A stretch of DNA of 37,437 nt from Clostridia bacterium (GCA_051866635.1 JBJDXJ010000034.1:1-37437), one strand, 5' to 3'. Counted from the stretch's first letter, positions 25,833 through 36,456 are shown. Numbers and translations: made by a program. Notes: generated from the letters alone by a model not told the origin.

Positions 25833-28800
25833 TTATTTTACAGTAAAGTTATTAACCTCAAACATTTCACCGCCCTTGTTTTCAACAAGAGCCAAAGTAT
25901 CAATATATTCTGCTTCAACACGGAAGTTCACGTTTTCTGCAACTAAAACACCGTTTAAATATAGGTTATATGTGTCTGAAAGCACGCCTGCTTCAATCTT
26001 TACACTAACCGCTTCGCCCACTGTATAGTCGGCAACCTTTGTTTTGCTCTCATTGTCACGTGTATAGATTTCGCCGTTTGCAAAAAGTATAACAATACTG
26101 CCGGTTGCGAAATAGTTACGGCTTGAAGAGTTTAACACATTGCTGTCGCCTAAAATAATACCGCTGTCTTCGCTGCCGTTATCTGTAAATGTAAAGTCGT
26201 AAACAGCCGCTTCCGTCTTTGCAGGAATATCTAAAAAGGCGTTTTCGTTCTGATTAGAGGATACAGCCCTTTCAAAAACAGGCTCTGCTTTATATCGTGC
26301 CATGCTTTCTCCAATAGGTGTTATAACATCGCCTGTGCGTACCATCAGCCTTACTTTTTTTGTGCCCTCGGGTGTATTACTTGTGATAAGCTGCACACCT
26401 TTTTCTGAAAGAATGGTTGTACCAAGACCTATAAGCTCACCTTCATCGCTGTAAAAAGCTGTGTAAAGCTTTAAGGGCTCATCGTCATAATACATAACAG
26501 TACCTGTCGTGGCATCTTCATCTGCATAAAGGTTAAACACCCTCACACCCAAATCCGATACAACTATGTTTTTAACAGTGAATAATCCGCCCGACACATA
26601 GTTACCGGCTCTTACGGTCACCTTACCTATTTCGTCAGCTTTAAAACGGAAAGAAAAGTCCTTTGCAACAGTTCCGCTGTTGCCGTAGTCATCGGTAACA
26701 TAAACACTGTAGACTTGATTTGTCACATCAACATCCAAAAAAACATGATATGTAATATCGGTTCTGTATTCTATTTCTTCGGTTTTTGCGTAATCACCAA
26801 GGTTTCTTGCATCGAAGAAATTATCGGGGCGTATTCTGAATGTAATCGGATAATCACCCCAGTCAGTTGGCGTTTCATCAGTTGAACAAAAAGCCATCAT
26901 TCCGTCGCTCGCTTCTTTCACAATCAAATCAAAGGAAATATAGCCCCGGTCTTTTATTGAGCCTACATTTATTGTGCCAAAGCTTGCTGTTGATAAATAG
27001 TCTTCGCTCTCTGCGGGAACAAGCACGTTATAATCTTTGTTTACAGTTTCACCGTCGGCTTCATAAATTGCCGTAAGTGTTATATATTCGTCGCTTTCGC
27101 CTCTGTTTGGTCTGTTAACGGTGCCGTCCTTTGATATAACACTACCGCCTGAGTATGTAACAGAGGTTCCAAAGTATGATTTAAAGGGGATATTTTCCGT
27201 AAGTATACTGCTTATTTTTTCGTTATACTTTAAGTCAAGTTCAATTTTGTCATTTCCCGACAAATACTCTGTGCTTTGCTTTGCAAGGGTTACTCTACTT
27301 ACAGAATACGCATCATAATCTTCTATTTTTTCATTTGAAAGACAAATTTTGTTTATTTCGCTTCCGTCCTCACGCCCCCAAACATTGATAATGTAGGCAT
27401 CTGCCCGGGGGAAGTTTATCTTCCACACATCATCACTAAGCCACATATTTTCGCCAACGTTGTCCTCGCCTGTTGAGGTGAAAAGGTATTCACCGTCCAC
27501 ACCTATATGCAAGCTGTTGCCTGAAATATCAGGGTGTGATGTGTTAAGTGCAACATAATAATCCCCGGGCTCTGCTATAAACACTCTGTAGTAAAGGCAA
27601 GGCGCTTCGTTCCTTTTATCAGTATCGCGCCACTCACCGCTGCGGTCGGGAAGAATTTCCAAGCCTGTTTCTGTTTCCGACCAATAGTGATAGTCACGGG
27701 TAGAATTAAATGCAACTTCGCTGTTTTTCAATGCATCTTTTGCATTTATCATAACAACGCCGTTTTCACCAATGTAGGCACGAGCACCAATGTTGGTTGC
27801 CTCCACAGTAAATGTTACTGCGGCACCGTCATATCCTCCGCCGCCCACACGGATAGTTATACTTATTTTCCCTGTGTCCAAGGCATAGAAAGTAAGCTCG
27901 CTGCCGTTAAGCTCCATATCAATTTTATCCGTATCGCCCTCAAGAGATAATATATGGGGTGTTTCCCCTGTAATTGAGTTAATCCTTGTTTTGTAAACAT
28001 CACCGGGCTTTAATGTAATATTGTTAACCTGGTCAACGCCGGTTTCATCTACCCAGCCATCGATTGTCCACTCGTCTTTCCATTCAATCTTAAAGGTTTC
28101 ACTTCCTGTAAATTCAATGGGGAGCCAAATATAACGGCTATCGGAATGATTACTTGGTCTCCATATATCCGCCATAAATATAAATTTACCATTATCCTTG
28201 TCTACAGGGAATACATAACAGCTTTGTCCGCCAAAGGTTATGTCTGCATCATCACCCTCGCAAGGGTTACCCTTACTATACCAAGGGCCCATAGGGTTAT
28301 ATGCCACTGCAGAATCTGCCTTGTTTGGGTCCCAACCCGAGCAACCGCTGTTTACCATAAAATATCTGTTTTTGTATTTAAAAACCGCAGGTGCTTCTCT
28401 CTGCCAGTTTTCAAAAAGCTTGGTGTATGTACCTTCAATGCCCAAATAGTCGTCAGTCAGCTTGTGGCAGTACATTGTCTTATTATTATCGCCCGAGGCG
28501 TAGAGATACGCCGTTCCGTCATCGTCCACAAAAAGTGTCATATCACGTGCCATTTTACCGTTAGGACGGTATGATGCCAAATACTTAAAAGGTCCTGTAG
28601 GGCTGTCACTTACCGCAACACCTGCTCTTGCATAAGAGTAGTCAGAGTAGTCAACGTGCAGCCACATAACGTATTTTCCTGTTTTTTCGTTATAAATTAC
28701 CTTTGGTCTTTCAAGAACTCTATAGGGCTGGATATCGCTTTCGGGATAATTGCCTGTATAATAATTCAAAACCTTTAATGCCAGTCCCTCGTATGTCCAG

Positions 28801-29090
28801 TTGTATAAATCCGTTGAAGAATAACAGCTTACACCTATTCTTTCACCTGCATTTGCAAGCCACTTTATATCAGAGGGAATTATGCTTGTTTTTCTGGCTT
28901 CGCCGTAAAAATAGTATTTCTGTGTTATTTCGTCCCAGATAACACAGCCACCATGTGCCTGTATGTGTCCGCCGTTATTGTCGTACCATAACTCACCGGG
29001 CTGTATGCTGTAGTAATCCTGTGCAAAAACGCCCTCTGTGCATATTAAAAACATTATTATTGTCAAAACAGCAAAAAAAATCTTTTTCAT
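25833..29090 (-). CDS. Secreted GH43 (subfamily 24-like, exo-beta-1,3-galactanase-type) with Ig-like and lectin/CBM-like modules
   Basis: Signal peptide; IQAHGG, ERPKV, RDMTLFVDDDG, REAP, SGWDPN, TFGGQS motifs. Confidence 0.88.
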   Translation of the reverse strand: MKKIFFAVLTIIMFLICTEGVFAQDYYSIQPGELWYDNNGGHIQAHGGCVIWDEITQKYYFYGEARKTSIIPSDIKWLANAGERIGVSCYSSTDLYNWTYEGLALKVLNYYTGNYPESDIQPYRVLERPKVIYNEKTGKYVMWLHVDYSDYSYARAGVAVSDSPTGPFKYLASYRPNGKMARDMTLFVDDDGTAYLYASGDNNKTMYCHKLTDDYLGIEGTYTKLFENWQREAPAVFKYKNRYFMVNSGCSGWDPNKADSAVAYNPMGPWYSKGNPCEGDDADITFGGQSCYVFPVDKDNGKFIFMADIWRPSNHSDSRYIWLPIEFTGSETFKIEWKDEWTIDGWVDETGVDQVNNITLKPGDVYKTRINSITGETPHILSLEGDTDKIDMELNGSELTFYALDTGKISITIRVGGGGYDGAAVTFTVEATNIGARAYIGENGVVMINAKDALKNSEVAFNSTRDYHYWSETETGLEILPDRSGEWRDTDKRNEAPCLYYRVFIAEPGDYYVALNTSHPDISGNSLHIGVDGEYLFTSTGEDNVGENMWLSDDVWKINFPRADAYIINVWGREDGSEINKICLSNEKIEDYDAYSVSRVTLAKQSTEYLSGNDKIELDLKYNEKISSILTENIPFKSYFGTSVTYSGGSVISKDGTVNRPNRGESDEYITLTAIYEADGETVNKDYNVLVPAESEDYLSTASFGTINVGSIKDRGYISFDLIVKEASDGMMAFCSTDETPTDWGDYPITFRIRPDNFFDARNLGDYAKTEEIEYRTDITYHVFLDVDVTNQVYSVYVTDDYGNSGTVAKDFSFRFKADEIGKVTVRAGNYVSGGLFTVKNIVVSDLGVRVFNLYADEDATTGTVMYYDDEPLKLYTAFYSDEGELIGLGTTILSEKGVQLITSNTPEGTKKVRLMVRTGDVITPIGESMARYKAEPVFERAVSSNQNENAFLDIPAKTEAAVYDFTFTDNGSEDSGIILGDSNVLNSSSRNYFATGSIVILFANGEIYTRDNESKTKVADYTVGEAVSVKIEAGVLSDTYNLYLNGVLVAENVNFRVEAEYIDTLALVENKGGEMFEVNNFTVK

Positions 29091-29143
29091 TTTTCATTCC
29101 TCCCGATATTATTTTAACATTATAACGGGCTTTTCAAAATATC

Positions 29144-29175
29144 AAAATGTATTCATTTTTTGTGAAAACGTATAC
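29144..29175 (-). promoter_or_regulatory. Candidate AraC tandem operator 1
   Basis: AAAATGTATTCATTTTTTGTG-AAAACGTATAC, 21-bp periodic, just upstream of a TG-N-TAAAAT -10 (29111-29116) lacking a good -35. Confidence 0.7.
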
Positions 29176-29176
29176 A

Positions 29177-29242
29177 AAAAGACCTGCTAAAATCAAAAAA
29201 AATTTCAAAAAAATTTTCTCGATTTTATTTAGCAGGTCTTTT
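29177..29242 (-). terminator. 15-bp inverted repeat downstream of the peptide gene
   Basis: AAAAGACCTGCTAAA (29177-29191)/TTTAGCAGGTCTTTT (29228-29242) with a 36-nt A/T spacer. Confidence 0.55.
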
Positions 29243-29338
29243 GGTTTCATTGACGCGGAGTTGGAGGAAACCTCATAAATGAAACATTTATTCTGAAATA
29301 TGATTAATTTTAAATTAAATTTACTGTCTTATGCCTTA

Positions 29339-29479
29339 TCAATCCGCAATCATCCAGCCACTTTCGTCATCGTAGTTATCATCGACAATATCAACTTGGG
29401 CATTATCAAGATTGCTGGTGAGGAGAATATCTTCCAATTCCATGTTGTCAAAAATAGGGGTAGTGTAGGATTTTTTCAT
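29339..29479 (-). CDS. 46-aa acidic peptide with YxxP...EDILLTS leader-like motif (absent from ORF track)
   Basis: MKKSYTTPIFDNMELEDILLTSNLDNAQVDIVDDNYDDESGWMIAD*; GGGAGG RBS 9 nt upstream; starts 17 nt after the stop of the upstream gene. Confidence 0.8.
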   Translation of the reverse strand: MKKSYTTPIFDNMELEDILLTSNLDNAQVDIVDDNYDDESGWMIAD

Positions 29480-29496
29480 ATTTTTCATCCTCCCTA

Positions 29497-32400
29497 TCAG
29501 ACTGTAGGAGTTGTGAATGTAAATGTAAGAACTCCGTTTTCATCAATTGTAACATCAGAGATGTTATTTTTGACAACAGAATTGTTGTTGTTAATTCTTA
29601 CATATTCTGTCCACCAGTTGGGTTTGATTTCAACTTTTGTATTAAAGTTTTCATCGGGAGTAACAGTAATCAGATATGTTCCGTCATCGTTCTTTACAGA
29701 TTCTACATTAAAGAATATATCGCCTGTATAAGCGCCTGCTCCTGTCTCTCTTGCAGAAACTGTGCCGTCAGATTTAAGAGTAAGGCGAATACCAACCTGA
29801 TTTACATATGCCTGCAATACGTTTATAAGTGCCTTGTTTTGCATTGAATAATCATCATTTGCATCTTCGCCGTTGTCAGAAGCTGTCACACCGTTTTTAA
29901 GCAAGCCTGCCGCAACCTTATAAATGCTTCTTGTAACACTATCATTTCCTGTAAATTCCTGTCCGTCAACCTTTACATAAGGTGTTGTAGTAAAGTTACG
30001 GTTGTAGTTATTTTCTTTAAGGTCAGTAAGTGCCACTGTGAAAATGCCGTCTTCTTCGTTCTGGAATTTTTCAGCCTTTATATAAACAGCTACATCGCTT
30101 TCCTGGGCTGTAATTTTAATACCGTATTCTGCACCTTCTACATTTACAAGGGAGTCATTACGGTCTACCTTGCCGATAAATCTTAAGCCGTTGCCGCTTA
30201 ATACCTTACCCGTTTCGTCAACACCGCCGCCGTAACGAACCTGTGCACCGGAAACTGTGCTTACACCTAAAATTGCAGTAGTATAGGCACCTTCAACGGG
30301 ACGAACGTCACTTTCTACCCTATAGACCTTTGTGTAATCGGTAAATGCTGCAATATTTTCATTTTCGGAGTAAAATCTTACGGTATCGTTTTCTGTCATT
30401 ACAAATTCTTTGCAATTTTTTAATAAGCTACCATTCTTCGTTATGCTCGAAGCACCTGACACCTGAACTGTCCATGCACCACACACCTCAAGATACGATG
30501 CTTTGCCCTCGTATGACTTTCCGTACTCTGCATTTTCACGATTTACAATGTATGCACCTGCCGTAGGAGCATAGAGTGCAAAGGTAATTTTATCCGTCTG
30601 CGCATTTTCAATTGCCTCAGTTACATCAATAGATATCCACTTATCACATGGATTTTTTCCGTCATCAGATGTACTTACAGCAATAACAGAATCCTTTGAC
30701 CAAAGTAATCCCTCAAGGCTTGCAACATCGCCAACATTGTACATTGCGAGTTCATTTACCTGTATATCAACAACATTTGCAGCTATACGCATGGAATTGT
30801 TTATGCCCAGATTCTGATTTGTATTTGCAACATAAACATTCAGTTTAACTGCATCGCCTTTTTTATAATTTTCGGGGATATTGAAAGTGAGAAGTGGTAT
30901 CCTGGCGCTTCCAAGTACTCCGCCACTTCCAACAGTGGCAGAATTATCCTCATCCTGATTGGGTGCATTACTTAGCCCCGACGCTCCAACAAAGAGCATA
31001 TCTCCGCTGTTGTCTTTGTTTCCGGGGTCACTTGCCGTTACCGCATAGGTATCATCTAAAACAGCATTTTCATGTATAATTTCCAGCTTTACCTCGTATG
31101 TTTTTTCGTCATCATCTTCTGTGACAATATGACTTTGCTCTTCGCAGGAAGCAATATATGCCTTATCGCCTATGCGTACATAAAAGGCCTCTGACGCGGG
31201 AAAATCGTAAAGTGTTTCGCCGACAATATAGCTCTCTGTTGTACTTGCAATAATCTTTTCTCCATCAGTATAGTTTACTGTAACATTAACTGTATCGGTA
31301 CTGCAATAAACTCTTATATTATCTGCGTGGAACTGACCTTCATATTCCCCTCCGTTTGTAAGTATTGACAAGCAATCAATAACATCCAAATTTGTTCTGA
31401 AGCCATAATTTGTAACAGTTGTTTTGACTCCCTCCGGATCAGTGAGTGTCAGAGAATATTTATCCGTGGATGCATTCGCTTTTATCATTATTCTGTATAC
31501 AGTATCCGTTGAGAGGGTCGTGTGAACTACATCGGGGTTTGTGTTTCTTCCACCGGTGCCGTTACCGTCTACACATCGAAATCCACCCGATGAATTGACA
31601 CCAAAAAGGATTTGGTCAGGACCAAAGTAGTTTTTAACACTGCTATCCTTAAGCATAATCCATTCATCACCAAATTCCTGCCATACCACATCCATCTCAA
31701 TTATAAATTCATCCTCAATCGAAACAGGGAATTTTTTCATGTATGTGTCAGCATCTTCCTGATTTTTTAACGAATACATGCCTTCGAGTGCAAATGTTTC
31801 TGGATAAACCGTAACAGACGCAGTAGCAGGTGCACCTGAAGCGTCACCTTTTACGGTAACGATTTTAACCTCTTCTGTATCGTTGGAATAATCAGCATCT
31901 TCCCATACAACTTCTGATATGATTTCTTCACCATCTGATTTTTTAACTCTTACAGTCTTGGGCAAAACAGGCTTATTTCCGTCAATAACCGTTGCTGTAA
32001 CCTCATCAAGCACCGTGTCTGTGTCGACACTTATAAGCTGTATGTATGGCTCATAATCGCCTTCAACGGAAAGGTTAATTCCGTTTACAGGCACCTGAAA
32101 GCGAAGTACAACCTGGCTTTTACCTGCACTTACAGCATTGTAAACAGCCTTTGTTACATCAACCTTCGCCCATCCGGATGTTGAACCGATACTTCCGCTT
32201 GCTGTGAATTTTTCATCGGACCACATTGCCGCAGAATAAGAATAATCATTATTTACTGCTGCAAAGTCTGATGCATTCATACCTCCTACGTTATATGTAA
32301 GCGAAGGGTTTTCTGTCTCATACACCGCAAAACGCATCCAGTTACCGCCAAGGTTTCCGTTTACTGAATTTACATATACGTTCAATGTCGCCTTTATTAT

Positions 32401-32697
32401 TTTGTTCAAGTCTGCACCTTCAACTGAAAATGCCATAACACCTATTCTTGTGCTGCCAAGCCTTGTGGATGCCGACGCAGTATCTCCCTCAACATAAGGT
32501 GCGCATGTGCTTGAGCCTGATGTGTCGGGGGCATCCACTGTTGCAACCAAAATACCTGTCCCCAATGCGGTTCCGCTGTGTCCGTAGCCTACAAGCTCAA
32601 GAGTTGTTTCGCTTACTTCTGCAAACGCAACAATCCCTCCGGGAACAACCCCCAAAAGCATGCTTACTGCCAAAATTAAGGATATTACCTTCTTCAT
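29497..32697 (-). CDS. Secreted, apparently non-catalytic surface protein: two DNRLRE-like modules, Ig-like and lectin-like modules, conserved C-terminal domain
   Basis: Signal peptide MKKVISLILAVSMLLG (alternative ATG at 32706); internal repeat (LNVYV..VN.NLG...MR.A); middle and C-terminal regions align by eye with the 339..5993 protein. Confidence 0.82.
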   Translation of the reverse strand: MKKVISLILAVSMLLGVVPGGIVAFAEVSETTLELVGYGHSGTALGTGILVATVDAPDTSGSSTCAPYVEGDTASASTRLGSTRIGVMAFSVEGADLNKIIKATLNVYVNSVNGNLGGNWMRFAVYETENPSLTYNVGGMNASDFAAVNNDYSYSAAMWSDEKFTASGSIGSTSGWAKVDVTKAVYNAVSAGKSQVVLRFQVPVNGINLSVEGDYEPYIQLISVDTDTVLDEVTATVIDGNKPVLPKTVRVKKSDGEEIISEVVWEDADYSNDTEEVKIVTVKGDASGAPATASVTVYPETFALEGMYSLKNQEDADTYMKKFPVSIEDEFIIEMDVVWQEFGDEWIMLKDSSVKNYFGPDQILFGVNSSGGFRCVDGNGTGGRNTNPDVVHTTLSTDTVYRIMIKANASTDKYSLTLTDPEGVKTTVTNYGFRTNLDVIDCLSILTNGGEYEGQFHADNIRVYCSTDTVNVTVNYTDGEKIIASTTESYIVGETLYDFPASEAFYVRIGDKAYIASCEEQSHIVTEDDDEKTYEVKLEIIHENAVLDDTYAVTASDPGNKDNSGDMLFVGASGLSNAPNQDEDNSATVGSGGVLGSARIPLLTFNIPENYKKGDAVKLNVYVANTNQNLGINNSMRIAANVVDIQVNELAMYNVGDVASLEGLLWSKDSVIAVSTSDDGKNPCDKWISIDVTEAIENAQTDKITFALYAPTAGAYIVNRENAEYGKSYEGKASYLEVCGAWTVQVSGASSITKNGSLLKNCKEFVMTENDTVRFYSENENIAAFTDYTKVYRVESDVRPVEGAYTTAILGVSTVSGAQVRYGGGVDETGKVLSGNGLRFIGKVDRNDSLVNVEGAEYGIKITAQESDVAVYIKAEKFQNEEDGIFTVALTDLKENNYNRNFTTTPYVKVDGQEFTGNDSVTRSIYKVAAGLLKNGVTASDNGEDANDDYSMQNKALINVLQAYVNQVGIRLTLKSDGTVSARETGAGAYTGDIFFNVESVKNDDGTYLITVTPDENFNTKVEIKPNWWTEYVRINNNNSVVKNNISDVTIDENGVLTFTFTTPTV

Positions 32698-32719
32698 AAA
32701 TTCCATTCCTTCCTTTACT

Positions 32720-33095
32720 TTATTTATTTTTTACTTTTACAATTATTTCTTCCTCGGTTTTATTGCCTGCAAAATCAGTAACATAAATAACAACAGGGTA
32801 GTCTCCCGGCACTGTTACATCAAGATATGATACATCTGCACTATTCTTTCATTTGCGTCCAAAGCCAGCCTATATCAAAAGGACGGATACTTATTTTTCT
32901 GGCTTCGCCGTAAAAATAGTATTTCTGTGTTATTTCGTCCCAGATAACACGGCCGCCATGTGCCTGTATGTGTCCGCCGTTATTGTCGTACCATAACTCA
33001 CCTGGCTGTATGCTGTAGTAATCCTGTGCAAAAGCGCCCTCTGCGCATATTAAAACCATTATTATTGTCAAAACAGTCAAAAAAATCTTTTTCAT
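32720..33095 (-). pseudogene. Internally deleted, frameshifted paralog of the GH43 gene 25833..29090
   Basis: First ~70 aa nearly identical to that GH43 N-terminus; frameshift after WL; then in another frame DVSYLDVTVPGDYPVVIYVTDFAGNKTEEEIIVKVKNK* (Ig-like/DUF5011-type tail) ending at 32720. Confidence 0.85.
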
Positions 33096-33148
33096 TTTTC
33101 ATTCCGACCGATATTATGTTAACATTACCATGGTTTTTGCACAATATC

Positions 33149-33180
33149 AAAACGTATTCATTTTTTGTGAAAACGTATAC
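33149..33180 (-). promoter_or_regulatory. Candidate AraC tandem operator 2
   Basis: AAAACGTATTCATTTTTTGTG-AAAACGTATAC, 31/32 identical to 29144-29175. Confidence 0.7.
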
Positions 33181-33183
33181 AAT

Positions 33184-33210
33184 AAGGGGAACGCTATTGC
33201 ATTCCCCCTT
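33184..33210 (-). terminator. Terminator-like hairpin after 33219..36389
   Basis: AAGGGGAAcGC-tatt-GCaTTCCCC immediately past the stop. Confidence 0.6.
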
Positions 33211-33218
33211 TGCATTAA

Positions 33219-36200
33219 TTATTCACCTATAACTTTAATTTCAAAAAATTCTGAAGGATATGTATTTTCTTCACTGTTTCTGGGTTTTGCATTGACAGCT
33301 GTCAATCTTATGTACCTTGCCGCACCAACTGTGTTGTCAACAGTAAATCCGTAATCTGTATAGCTGTCGGTTTTGTCCACTAATGTTTCGTATGTAACAC
33401 CGTCACAGCTTCCCTCAATCTTATACTGATAATATGCTTCGCTGCTGTTCCATATCATCCATGAAATCTGCACCTGATTGATATTTCTCATTTCTCCCAA
33501 ATCTGTTTCCCAAACATAAGGCCACTTTTTCTCTGTGCTCCAAAGCGTGTTGTAATTGCCGTCGTTTGCCTTATCGTTTAAACTGAATTTGCCGTTTTCC
33601 CCCGCGGGCTTTTCCTGTGACAAAATCTTGCCTCTCTGTACGGGTACAAGTATATCGTTCTCCCAGTTATACAAAAGCTCCTCATAGAAATCATAAAATG
33701 CATAACCGTTAGAAACCTTTATGGGGAATCTTCTGCTTTGTGTTGATTTTGTAACAGCATCCTTCCAGTAATACATCCATCTGTAAGGATTCATAATGTA
33801 GTTTTCTCCGCCTTCTTTAAGTGTATATACACCGCCTGACTGTGCAGAGAAGGTTGTGCGATTTCCAACATGACGTAATTCGCTCCAGGGTCCTTCCATA
33901 CTTGTTGCACTGTTATACATACTGGGTGTGGGGTACCAGCCTGCACAGCCTGATGTAAAGAGATAATAAATGCCGTCAACCTTCAAAATATTGGGAAACT
34001 CTCTCCATTTGTTGTGGTTAATAAGTGCCACTCTCTTTTCAACGCCTGACCAATCTTCTTTAAGGCGGTAAATTGCCAAGTTTGCATTGCCGTGTACTGC
34101 CGCCATAACATAAGCTGTGTTGTCATCATCAACGAACACATTAAGGTCTCTTGTGTCGTCACCGTTAGGTCTTACTGCACCGTGGAAAATCATTTTTTCG
34201 CCAACCTTCATTGTGGCAAAGGATGTTTTTGCCGTACCGTAACCGCCGTCTGCCTCAAAGTGTGCAATAAATGCAAAGGTGTCTGTATCGGGATTATATT
34301 TATAGTTAACGCTTTCAAAGCGGCACATTTCGTGACCCTTGCAGCTTTCGTGAGAAAGAATATCATTAATATTCATTACCTCAACGGCATCTGAGTATGT
34401 AATATCGTCCGTACTCGTGCGTACCATCATTCTGCCGAAGCCGCCCTTGCCGTCTTCTCTGCCCCATTGCTCGAACTTGTAGTATACACCGTCTTTAGTT
34501 TTAAGTTTATTGGGAGTATTTAATCCGGAAGGATTAATATTATCTGCACTTTCCAAATCAGCAGGCAATTCATAAGCTGTCACAGCTTCTGTTTTAGCAT
34601 AATCAATAAGGTTTGTATTCTGGAGTGCGTAAATCTGATATGTAACTGTATCTCCAACATTAAGGTCATAGTCGTCAACAGTTATAGCAGATGTGTTTGT
34701 GAAAAATTCATACTCACCGCCGTTAACGCTTTTGAAAATATCATAGCTTGTTGCACCGCCAACTTCATTCCATTGGAGTTTAACATTTGTAACAGCATCT
34801 TCGCCCTTTAAAAGGAAAAGCGTTGCCGCAGCACCAATCATTTTCTGATTGCTTTCGCCCATATCTTCAAGGGTAAACTTCTGTGTACCGTTGCCCACAT
34901 AGTTTTCCTGTGTAATAGATTCATTTTTTGCTGTAAGGTAAAGATTCGATGTCTCGTTCTTGAAAAGAACTGCCCCTCCGTCTTCAATCATTTCAAAAAT
35001 CTGGTTACCACCGTAATTTGGACTATACTGTGTAACTTCTATGCCTGCATCCTTGCTGTGGTTGGGAATATCTATTGCAAGGTTTGAGTTCTTGTTTATA
35101 AGAACATATTTATTATTGCCCATTGAAACAAATGCCCAAATTTCACTATCCTTGTTTGTTTGAGTCCAAGAGATAACCTTACCGCCGTTATCCATTGAGT
35201 CCATTGCAACGGTTACTTTTTTCCCACTTGCAACGTTTGTTAATTTGTAGTATCTGCCGCCTGTTTCGTCTTTTGTGTAATTGTCAACACTTATTTTTGC
35301 ATCGCTGATTTTTACGGAATAATCACCGCTTGTAAGTGTATCGCCGTTTAATGTAAACACATCAGCAGCTGCAAAGTCATCTGTTTCGCCCTGCTTTTTA
35401 AGTAGCTTTCCTGTTTCTTTATTTTCTAAGATATAGCTACCCCTGCCGTCAAGGATTACTTTGTAGACGCCTCTGTTTTCAACCTCTACAAATTTTCCTG
35501 TCATGGCATCTTCTTTGGGAAGCTCCGCCTTTTCATTTGTTTGGGCATTTTCTTCCTTTGTAATTTCCACAAGTTCAAAGGAGTCTCTTTCCTTATCGAA
35601 TTCACTATATTGCGCAACAGTTAAGTTTTCTGTTGCACCAAGGTACATATTGGAATGATTCATAACAAGTGCAAATGTACCGTCGCCGTTATCAACTAAA
35701 TTAACCCTCTGGTTTGTACCCTCCGTGTTGCCGTACTGAATAAGCTCCAATCCTTCGTCACTTTTCCTGTTTGGCATATCAATACTGCGGAGGCTTTTTT
35801 GGTTAATAGTACGGTAAACATTGCTACCGCGTGATAAGAACTGCCAGATTTGTGCATCACTGTTGTCCATATCTGTAAGGACAATAAGTGTTCCGTCACG
35901 TGTCTCTTTGTCTTTAGGCATCATTACCTTGCCTGTTGCTTTATGCTTTATAACATAATACTTGCCGTCAAGAAGAGATATTTCCACATTAACGGTGTTC
36001 TTTTCTTTATCAAAGGAATATGTAGCTTCAAATCCCTTTAACGCATCTATTGGCATATATGTGCTACCAGCTATGATAATTGTTTCATTTGTCATGCTGT
36101 TTTTAAGCCCGTTTTTCTTTACCCATTTTTCGTCCACGGGAATTTTGATTTCATTGTTACTATTTACCGCCACAGCACAACGCTCTTCATCGTCCCACTT

Positions 36201-36389
36201 AACACTATAGCCCAAATACTCACAAAAAGCGCGCATAGGGATATACGGAGCATCATTTTGTATAATAACATCTCCGCCAAGGACAACTTCATTGTTATTG
36301 ATTATAACAGTAATCTTTTCATCGCTTGCAAATACCGTTATTGAAAACAGCATTATGAATACAAGCAGCAAACTTATAAGTTTTTTCAT
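33219..36389 (-). CDS. Secreted modular GH43 (GH43_24-related): copper-amine-oxidase-N-like domain, two ricin-B (CBM13) modules, FN3-like, GH43, F5/8 type C (CBM32)
   Basis: Signal peptide; YIPMRAFCEYLGYSVKWD; QxW repeats; RDLNVFVDDD, REFP, AGWYP, TFSAQS; KANDGNYNTLW...DLGE...ARYIRL. Confidence 0.85.
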   Translation of the reverse strand: MKKLISLLLVFIMLFSITVFASDEKITVIINNNEVVLGGDVIIQNDAPYIPMRAFCEYLGYSVKWDDEERCAVAVNSNNEIKIPVDEKWVKKNGLKNSMTNETIIIAGSTYMPIDALKGFEATYSFDKEKNTVNVEISLLDGKYYVIKHKATGKVMMPKDKETRDGTLIVLTDMDNSDAQIWQFLSRGSNVYRTINQKSLRSIDMPNRKSDEGLELIQYGNTEGTNQRVNLVDNGDGTFALVMNHSNMYLGATENLTVAQYSEFDKERDSFELVEITKEENAQTNEKAELPKEDAMTGKFVEVENRGVYKVILDGRGSYILENKETGKLLKKQGETDDFAAADVFTLNGDTLTSGDYSVKISDAKISVDNYTKDETGGRYYKLTNVASGKKVTVAMDSMDNGGKVISWTQTNKDSEIWAFVSMGNNKYVLINKNSNLAIDIPNHSKDAGIEVTQYSPNYGGNQIFEMIEDGGAVLFKNETSNLYLTAKNESITQENYVGNGTQKFTLEDMGESNQKMIGAAATLFLLKGEDAVTNVKLQWNEVGGATSYDIFKSVNGGEYEFFTNTSAITVDDYDLNVGDTVTYQIYALQNTNLIDYAKTEAVTAYELPADLESADNINPSGLNTPNKLKTKDGVYYKFEQWGREDGKGGFGRMMVRTSTDDITYSDAVEVMNINDILSHESCKGHEMCRFESVNYKYNPDTDTFAFIAHFEADGGYGTAKTSFATMKVGEKMIFHGAVRPNGDDTRDLNVFVDDDNTAYVMAAVHGNANLAIYRLKEDWSGVEKRVALINHNKWREFPNILKVDGIYYLFTSGCAGWYPTPSMYNSATSMEGPWSELRHVGNRTTFSAQSGGVYTLKEGGENYIMNPYRWMYYWKDAVTKSTQSRRFPIKVSNGYAFYDFYEELLYNWENDILVPVQRGKILSQEKPAGENGKFSLNDKANDGNYNTLWSTEKKWPYVWETDLGEMRNINQVQISWMIWNSSEAYYQYKIEGSCDGVTYETLVDKTDSYTDYGFTVDNTVGAARYIRLTAVNAKPRNSEENTYPSEFFEIKVIGE

Positions 36390-36456
36390 TTTGACAACTC
36401 CTCTTATTTTATTCTATATTTAAATATTACAGTATTTATCGATTTTCATAAATAAC

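Noticed and set aside
21030-36389. Cellulosome components
   Set aside because: No duplicated dockerin calcium-binding motif or cohesin repeats recognised.
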